In this document: in pieces, positions 49,253 through 57,597 of the stretch
Layout: each line of letters opens with the position of its first letter
Position numbering within the stretch: position 1 is the stretch's first letter
Assembly (NCBI GenBank): GCA_963575745.1
Contig: CAUYUJ010000014.1
Coordinates: forward strand, 62,001 to 119,597
Direction of reading: 5' to 3'
DNA length: 57,597 nucleotides
Source: Prorocentrum cordatum
Taxonomy: Eukaryota
Notes under the pieces: model-generated
The model's input: only the letters and a program-made list of their open reading frames with translations
Database searches by the model: none
What the model was told of the DNA's origin: nothing
Program-made: the position numbers and the translations under genes

Positions 49253-49604
49253 CAGGGGGCCACGTGCGAGCCCCCCTGCCTTCGGATGCACCTCCTGGGA
49301 GGTCAGATTCTGATTTTGCCCTGGTCCGGAATCCCGCTTCTTAATCCCGCTTAATCCCGCTTAATCCGGCTTAATCCTGCTTGGTCCGACGCCCACTCCG
49401 GCGTAATAGCTTCCAAATGGGGCTTAATCCTCCTTAATCTTTCCGACGAAAACCTCCCAGTAGTTGCCTCCTCGCCCTATCCCCCACGATTTCTGAGGGG
49501 GAGGGCGGTGTTCACGTCGTTCGGGAGCTCCCGAGCGAGGTGAGCCCCGCCCTCCCCCTCAGAAATCGTGGGGGGTAGGGGTAGGGTTCGCACGCGGCCC
49601 CCTA
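49253..49604. mobile_element. Interrupted third copy of the intron-2 palindromic MITE
   Basis: Left end CAGGGGGCCACGTGCGAGCCC at 49253; body and right end ...GCGGCCCCCTA at about 49475-49604; TTAATCCCGC 10-mers lie between. Confidence 0.75.
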
Positions 49605-51111
49605 TTCGTTCAGAGGGGCAAGCAGGAGGTCCTTATGACGATGCGTTGCAGGACCTCCAGGGCTTCCTAGGTTCCCGAACGTCCCACGCGGGCTGCAGAG
49701 AGGAGGGCCACCAGGTACTCCAGAAGTCCTGAGAAACGCATTCTGAGCCAACCCTGTCACGACATCATTCTCGTCCTACTCTCAGCCACGACCCCACAGG
49801 CAGTTCGGGTGCCCACGAACGTACCTGCCGCACTGGCAGTCCCACCCGCCACGAGTCAGCCTCTCGGCCGCGGCGTGCTCATTCATCGCCTTCGGCCCGC
49901 GGGCCGCCATGGCGGCAGAAGGGCTTCGCTGTGCCGAATTGTGCGGTGCCAGAACCGACCTTGCGCTGCTGATGGAGATGAGAACCTAGGCAGCGTGCCG
50001 CGCTGCGCGCTGCCTGCGGTGCCAGTTGGGCCCCCTCGAGCAGCGCGGAATGATGTACAGAAAGAGCAATCGTGGTTGGGGGGTGCGAGACCCCGACACA
50101 CACTGATGTTAGGCCCAGATACGGTACCATAATGTGCCCCCTTTTCGCAGGGCGCCCAAACCTTTCCAGGCCCAAGTCCTCCTCCTCCTCCTGCTCCTCC
50201 TCCTTCTCCTCCTCCTCCGCCTCCTGGTACTCCTCCTCCTCCTCCTCCTCCTCCTCCTCATCCTCTTACACATCCTCATGCTCCTCTTCTCCCTCCTCTT
50301 CTAGACGTACCCCACGCGGAGGGAAGGGGAAGCTTGAGGGAGGGGAGGGCGAAGGAGGGAGGGAGGGTCGAGGGAAGGGGGGCGGAAGGAGAGGGGGTAG
50401 GGGATGGGCTTGGGGAAGCAGCGTCTCAGTGCTGGTGTGACATCTGTTTGCTGCGGCCCAGGCTTCGCCGTCAAGCAACATTGGTTTAAACAGGGGGGAG
50501 CGGACGGACGGAGGTGGAGATGGGGAGAGGGGCCACCGTGGCCGCCGCGGGTGGCTTTCTCAGTGCTGGTGGGGTCGCCAGGTCGCCGGCCCCGCGGCGG
50601 GCTTCGGGATGGGTGGCGGGTGGGTGGAGAGGCGAGGGGATTAAAGGGGGGACGTAGGGCTAGGGGGCAGGAAGTATTCCCCACGCTTAGTTACGGATTC
50701 GTGGAATTTCCCTCCTCGGGGAGAAATCTCTAACCAAGCCGAGATCGCCTCCCTATTCTATTCCTCAGAGGGGGTAGGAAGGACAGTGTAGTATAGGGCA
50801 GTGGAGGGGAGGGGAGGACGTGGGACGGGATTGGATGGAGGGGGGGGGAGGGGGCAGGGTGCTCATGATATGTGCTCGTCGCTTCGGCTGTCGGTGGGGC
50901 CCACTCGGCGAGCTGTCTAGCGTATCTTTTCGGGGGGGGGGGCGGGGGGGGATGGTCAAGCCCAGGAAGCTTCCCAGCGGCCACGCTGCACCCAGAGCCG
51001 TCTGGGGGTCCCGTGAGGGCCAGAGTCCGGGCCGTGAGGGCAGATGCCAGCCTGCGCGTCTTGGTGTTGGCCTGCCCGTCCAGTGAGCAGAAGGAAGGAG
51101 GCATATGAACC

Positions 51112-51114
<3 letters not shown>

Positions 51115-51152
<38 letters not shown>

Positions 51153-51153
51153 C

Positions 51154-51238
<85 letters not shown>

Positions 51239-51557
51239 GATGAGGATGAGGATGAGATGAGGATGGGAGAGGATGAGGATGAGGATGAGGATGAGGATGA
51301 GGATGATGATGGTGATGGTGATGGTGATGATGATGATGACGATGATAATGATGAGGATATGATGATGACGCCCGAGGATGATGATGATGATGATGATGAT
51401 TGATGATGATGAGATGATGATGATGATTAACAGGATGATGATATGATGATGATGATGATTGATGATGATGATGATGATGAGATGAGATAGGATGATGATG
51501 ATGATCAGGAGAGATGAGGATGAATGATGAGATGAGATGAGGATGAGGATGAGGATG

Positions 51558-51588
<31 letters not shown>

Positions 51589-51735
51589 GGATGAGGATGA
51601 GGATGAGGATGATGCTGCTGCTGATGATGATGATGATGATGCTGATGCTGATGCTGATGCTGATGTTGCTGCTGATGATGATGATGCTGATGATGATGAT
51701 GATGAGGATGATGATGATAATGATGATGATGATAC
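51115..51735. repeat. (GAT)n/(GATGAG)n microsatellite
   Basis: Directly visible. Confidence 0.95.
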
Positions 51736-51944
51736 CTATCAGGTGGCGGTGGGGGAGGAGCGGTACGTTACTTGATCGGAGGTGGGGGGGTGTGAACGGA
51801 AGTGGCCCCAACTGGGAAATCGGTTTCGGTCTCGGCTCGTGTCGTGCGTGCGGGCGAGGCGAAGCCGCGCGAGCTCCTGCACTGGTAGGGGCCATCTATT
51901 GCCAAAAGAGCCGCCCTCCCCCCCGTCGGCCGGTCGTGGCTCCC

Positions 51945-52515
51945 GGGTTGTCCCGGCGGTTGTCCCAGCGGTTGTCCCGATGGTTTTCCCGATCGTTGTC
52001 CCGATGGTCGTCCCGATGGTCGTCCCGATGGTTTTCCCGATGGTTGTCCTGATGGTCGTCCCGATGGTTGTCCCGATAGTTGTGCGGGTGGTGCTTTCGA
52101 TGGTTGTCCCGATGGTTGCCCCGATGGTTGTCCCGACGGTTGTCCCGATGGTTGTCCCGATGGTTTTCCCGATGGTTGCCCCGATGGTTGTCCCGATGGT
52201 TGTCCCGATGATTGTCCCGATGGTTGCCCCGATGGTTGCCCCGATGTTCGTCCCGATGTTTGTTCCGATGGTTGCCCCGATGGTTGTCCCGATGGTTGTC
52301 CCGATAGCAATGCGGGTGGTGCTTTCGATGGTTGTCCCGATGGTTGTCCCGATGGTTGCCCCGATGGTTGTCCCGATAGTTGTGCCGATGGTTGTCCCGA
52401 TGGTTGTCCCGATGGTTGTCCCGATGGCTGTCCTGGTTGTTGTCCTCATGGTTGTCTCGATGGTTGTCCCGATGGTTGTGCGGATGGTTGTCCTGATGGT
52501 TGTTCTGATGGTTCA
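51945..52515. repeat. 12-bp minisatellite GGTTGTCCCGAT
   Basis: Directly visible. Confidence 0.95.
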
Positions 52516-52979
52516 ATGATTTTTATATATATATATATATAGATATATAGGTAGAGAGGTAGGCCGATATTCCTATATATATATATTTACATGTTGATCG
52601 ATCCATCGACTCATATATTAATGCACTGCCAGACTGCAAGATTGATCTATTGACAGATATATTGAGAGATCGCTCTATATATAATGCCTGGATCTATTGA
52701 TATATATATATGTATTGATTGAAGTACTACTGCTAGGTTGATATATTGATGTATTGAGATATTGATGGATATATCGATTTGTGTATATATATGGGTTGTA
52801 TAGGTAAATCTCTCTCTCTCTCTATATATATATAGCTTGAGCTACTCATAGGTCTATATATTTATAAACATATATATGGTCGCCCCCCCTCCTATGATCT
52901 ACCTAAGCCTCTTTGCGGCCTTAACTTCCACTCGGAAGCCCTCGGGGTTGGGCCTTGACTTCCACTCTCGGGGGCACTC

Positions 52980-54819
52980 GGGGGAGCGGGGCGGAGGGAG
53001 GGCGGGAGAGCGGGAGAGCGGGAGAGCGGGAGAGCGGGAGAGCGGGAGAGCGGGAGAGCGGGAGAGCGGGAGAGCGGGAGAGCGGGAGAGCGGGAGAGCG
53101 GGAGAGCGGGAGAGCGGGAGAGCGGGAGAGCGGGAGAGCGGGAGAGCGGGAGAGCGGGAGAGCGGGAGAGGCGGGAGGCGGAGAGCGGGAGAGCGGCGAG
53201 GGCGGGAGAGCGGGAGAGCGGGAGAGCGGGAGAGCGGCGAGAGCGGGAGATCGGGAGAGCGGGAGAGCGGGGCAGCGGGAGAGCGGGAGAGCGGGAGAAC
53301 GGGAGAGCGGGAGAGCGGGAGAGCGGGAGAGCGGGAGAGCGGGAGAGCGGGAGAGCGGGAGAGCGGGAGGACGGGAGAGCGGGAGGGCGGGAGAGTGGCC
53401 ATCCAGGCCCGGGCCATTCCGTCCCGGGGCCTCTCGGGCCACCCGTGCCACCCAGGAAGCCCAGTTGGCGCGTTCTCGCTCTCCCGCTCTCCCGCTCTCC
53501 CGCCCTCCCGCTCTCCCGCTCTCCCGGTCTCCCGCCCTCCCGCTCTCCCGCCCTCCCGCTCTCCCGCTCTCCCGTCTCCCGCTATCCCGCTCTCCCGCTC
53601 TCCCGCTCTCCCGCTCTCCCGCTCTCCGCTCTCCGCCTCCCGCTCTCCCGCTCTCCCGCTCTCCGCTCTCCGCTCTCCGCCCTGCTCTCCCGCTCTCCCG
53701 CCTCTCCCGTCTCCCGCTCTCCCGCCCTCCCGCTCTCCCGCTCTCCCGCTCTCCCGCTCTCCCGCTCTCCCGCTCTCCCGCTCTCCCGCTCTCCCGCTCT
53801 CCCGCGCTCTCCCGCTCCCCTGCTCTCCCGCTCTCCCGCTCTCCCGCTCTCCCGCTCTCCCGCTCTCCCGCTCTCCCGCTCTCCCGCTCTCCCGCTCTCC
53901 GCCCTCCCGCCCTTCCGCACTCCCGCTCTCCCGCTCCTCGACTCTCTCATTCTCCCGTTCTGCCGCTCCAGGCCCGAAGAGATGAGGAGGAGGAGGAGGA
54001 GGAGGAATGGCGGATGGGGGGAGGAGGAGGAGGAGGAGAGGTAGGAGGAAGGGCAAGGAGGAGGAGGAGGAGGAGGAGAAGGAGCGATCAGGAGCGATCA
54101 GATGAAAGGACAGCGTACGTCCACAAACGGCGCCATGGCCTTCGGTGACCTGGCCCGCTTGAGGGTTAAAACTGAGGCCTCAGTTTTCGTTTTCCGGGAG
54201 AGCGGGAGAGCGGGAGAGCGGGGGAGCGGGAGGGCGGGAGAGCGGGAGGGCGGGAGAGCGGGAGGGCGGGGGGCGGGAGAGCGGGAGAGCGGGAGGAGCG
54301 GGAGAGCGGGAGGCCTCAGTTAAAACTGAGGCGGGAGAGCGGGAGAGCGGCGAGAGCGGGAGAGCGGGAGAGCGGAAAGAGCGGGGGAGCGTGAGAGCGG
54401 AGAGCGGGGCTGAGCGGAGAGCGGGAGGTCGGTGACGAGAGAGAGAAGTGCGGGAGAGCGGGATCGGGCGCGAGGGCTGGAGAGCGGGGAGCGAGAAAAC
54501 GGCCACCCGTGCCCGGGTGCGGGTGACGGGAGACGGACCCCGCTCTCCCGCTCTCCCGCTCTCTTGCCCTCCCGCTCTCCCGCTCTCCCGCTCTCCCGCT
54601 CCCCCGCTCTTCCGCTCTCCCGCTCTCCCGCTCTCCCGCTCTCGCGACCTCCCGCTCTCCCGCTCTCCCGCTCTCCCGCTCTCCGCCCTCCCCTTCTCCG
54701 ACCTCCCGCTCTCCCGCTCTCCCGCTCTCCCGCTGCCCCGCTCTCCCGCTCTCCCGCTTTCCCGCTCTCCCGCTCTCCCGCTCTCCCGCTCTCCCGCTCT
54801 CCCGCTCTCCCGCTCTCCC

Positions 54820-54854
<35 letters not shown>

Positions 54855-54990
54855 GCCCCGCTCTCCCGCTCTCCCGCTCTCCCACTCTCCCGCTGACCTG
54901 CTCTCCCGCCCTCCCGCTCTCCCGCTCTCCCGCTCCCCCGCTCCTTGACTCTCCCATTCTCCTGTTCTGCCGCTCAGGGCCCGAAGTGAT
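52980..54990. repeat. Two foldback units of (GGGAGAGC)n, spacer, (GCTCTCCC)n
   Basis: Arms 52980-53395/53475-53935 and 54195-54500/54540-54940. Both spacers contain GGCCACCCGTGCC and both units end in the same TTCTGCCGCTC..GGCCCGAAG tail. Confidence 0.88.
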
Positions 54991-55702
54991 GCGGAGGAGG
55001 AGGAGGTGGAGATGGAGGAGGAGGAGGATGAGGAGGCGGAGAGGATGGAGGTAGGAGGAGGAGGAGATGTAGGAGGAAGTGCAAGGAGGAAGAGGTAGAG
55101 GAGGAGGATGAGGATGAGGAGGAGGAGGAGGAGGAGGAGGAGGAGGAGCAGGAGGAGCAGGATGAGGAGATGAGGACGAGGAGAAGCAGGAGGAGCAGGA
55201 AGAGGAGGATGAGGAGGAGGACGAAGACGAGGACAATGAAGCAGAGGAGGCGGATGAGAATGATGAGAAGCAGGAGTCTGATGATCTGGAGAGGAGGAGG
55301 CGCAGGAGGAGTTGGAGGCATATGAAACGAAGGAGTCGGAGGATAATGAGGAAGAGGAGGAGGAGGAGTTGGTAGAGGAGGAGGTGCAGGAGGAGGAGGA
55401 GGAGGAGGAGGAGGCGGATGAGGAGGGGGCGGAATAGGAGGGGGCGGAATAGGAATCAGGAGGAGGAGGAGCAGCAGCAGGGGTGAGGAGGAGGAGCAGG
55501 AGGTGGGGCGAGGATGAGGAGGAGGAGGACCATCAGCAGAAGGAGGAGGGAATGGTATAGTAAGTTTTCATTGACTGTAATACTCCTCATCATCCTTCCC
55601 ATCCCCTCCTTGCCTCATCCCCACTTCCATCCTTCTCTTCAAATCCTAGTTTAGCCTTCTACTTACGCTGCTGTCCTATGCTTATGATGATGACGCCTGT
55701 GT

Positions 55703-55743
<41 letters not shown>

Positions 55744-57400
55744 GTGCCGGTGGTGATGGTGGCGATGATGACGATTACAATTGTCCCGATGCCATGGGGA
55801 TGATGATGGTGACGATGGCGATCGTGGCGATGAGAATGACGATGATGATGACGGTGACGATGGCGATGACGATGACGCTGACGATGACGACGGTGAAGAT
55901 GGTGACGATACTGGTGCTGATGATGATGATGAAGATGACGATGATGACTGCGGTGGAATCTGGGCCCGGGCTACCACAGACTGCACTGCCCTCCCGTTCT
56001 CCCGCTCTCCCTGTTTCCTGCAGAGAGAGAGAGAGGGAGAGAGAGACACACCAGCGCCAGGAAGAGTCACGCGTGATCCCCAGATCAGGAGATGAGATCG
56101 AGAGCGATGGGGGAAGAGCGAGAGCGAGGGAGGATGGGTGTAGGCGCTTAGGGCCATCATATAGCTAGCCTCCCCTGGCGCTCACCTTGCAGTGCCACTG
56201 ATGTCATCATCGCCACCATCACCACCGCGAGGACCATCAACACGATAACCAGAACCCCCAGCAGCACCAAGACCACCACCATGATCGCGATCGACAGCAT
56301 CACCTAGACTTCCAGCGTCACCATCACCGTCGCCATCGTCATCGTCATCGCCACTAGCACCAGCAGTCCCACCCACCAAGATCATAGTCGTCACTGTCAT
56401 CATCAACATCACCGCCATCTTGGGCACCACATCTTCACAGGCATCATCTCCATCGAACTATTATCAAGATGGGGGCCATCACTACCACCACTATGACTAT
56501 CACGATGATGCCACTACCTCCTGGCCACCAACACCACAACACCATCATGTGCAGTGGCATCAACATCGTCATCGTCATCCTCAGTTGCACCATCATCACT
56601 CCCACCTGGCACCACCATATATGTATCGCAACCAGCCCCTGGGACATCACCGCGAACACCACCTAGTCAACAGCTAACACCGGTATCATCACGATGACCT
56701 CCACTAGTAGCTGGGCATGCAGCATCGCACCAATACCGTCGCCATCACTACCAGCAACATCAATCCCGCCCACCACCTTAGCACTCTTTATCGTCATCAT
56801 CGTCATCACCGCCATTTGGATCACCACCACTGGCAACAACTCAATTTGGCAGCATGACAAGTGGACCATCAGAGCGACCACCATCAATACCATGCGCACA
56901 TCATTACCACCTGGCCACGAAGTCGACAACACTGACATAACCGGTTAGCATATGTAGTCATCATCGCCAGTACACCACCATCACTGCCACCTGGTCCGCC
57001 ACCGCCACCATTTGCCAAGACACCCATCATCTGCACTGCAACCCGTCTCTGGGCCATCACCGCCAACGCCATCTGGCCAAACACTTCCGCCACCATCATC
57101 ATCACGACTACCTGCAGTAATAGCCGGGCGGACAAAACTGTAACATCGCCACTGTCACCATCGCAAGCATTACCACCCCACCCACCCCGATGATATTTTT
57201 GTCATCGTCATCACAACCACCGGGACCATAATCACTACCACCGGCCTCAACACCACTGGAAGCAGCGTTTCCAACACCTCGGCCGTCACCATCGCCACCA
57301 TACCTGGCCCAATACCCTCACCATCATAATAATCGCGTTTATGACAATCACGTCTACGACCTGGGCTACCAACACGTCAAACCCGCTGTGACGTTACAAT
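54990..57400. repeat. Degenerate (GGA)n, (GAT)n and (CAT/CAC)n low-complexity sequence
   Basis: Directly visible; no convincing coding signal. Confidence 0.75.
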
Positions 57401-57597
57401 CAATATCATGTGTGCCAGCATTACTACCGTCACCATAGTGATTGCGGTACGAGTTGAAATGATAATGGAAATATTGATGAATGCGGCACGTGTCGTGCCT
57501 TCTCGTCTGCTACACTTCTCCGTTTCCTCCTGGTCTGCTATTCTGCTCCCCTGATCCTAATGGTCCTCTATCCTCCTCCTTATCATGGTCCTGAGCC

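Noticed and set aside
51739..52519. Repeat proteins (TTIG, GQPS, NHRD, VVPM repeats)
   Set aside because: A 12-bp minisatellite open in four frames, with no flanking coding context.

Overview
Repeat-dense, GC-rich eukaryotic DNA. The GA/GC/GT donors with AG|G acceptors, the large microsatellites and the methyltransferase-bearing retroelement suggest a dinoflagellate (inference). The one clear host gene is a + strand APC-superfamily cationic amino acid transporter (CAT/SLC7-like). I reconstructed at least 14 exons between about 16993 and 38059; the joined exons 1-13 have no stop or frameshift. All 12 resolved introns have a short (about 5-bp) direct repeat at the junctions, and 11 also have terminal inverted repeats, so they look like transposon-derived introners. 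Seven can be read as GT/GC/GA-AG. Five (introns 1, 2, 5, 9, 10) have no AG acceptor at the protein-restoring junction, which points to non-canonical removal. Intron 13 holds a 6.5-kb 5'-truncated retroelement (31265-37756, 15-bp target-site duplication). It encodes a zinc finger plus C5 cytosine methyltransferase, then four tightly packed unknown ORFs, then repeated hairpins with covarying base pairs. The rest is microsatellites, satellites (some carried inside TIR elements), MITE families, foldback repeats, a second degenerate methyltransferase fragment and an unidentified coiled-coil ORF.
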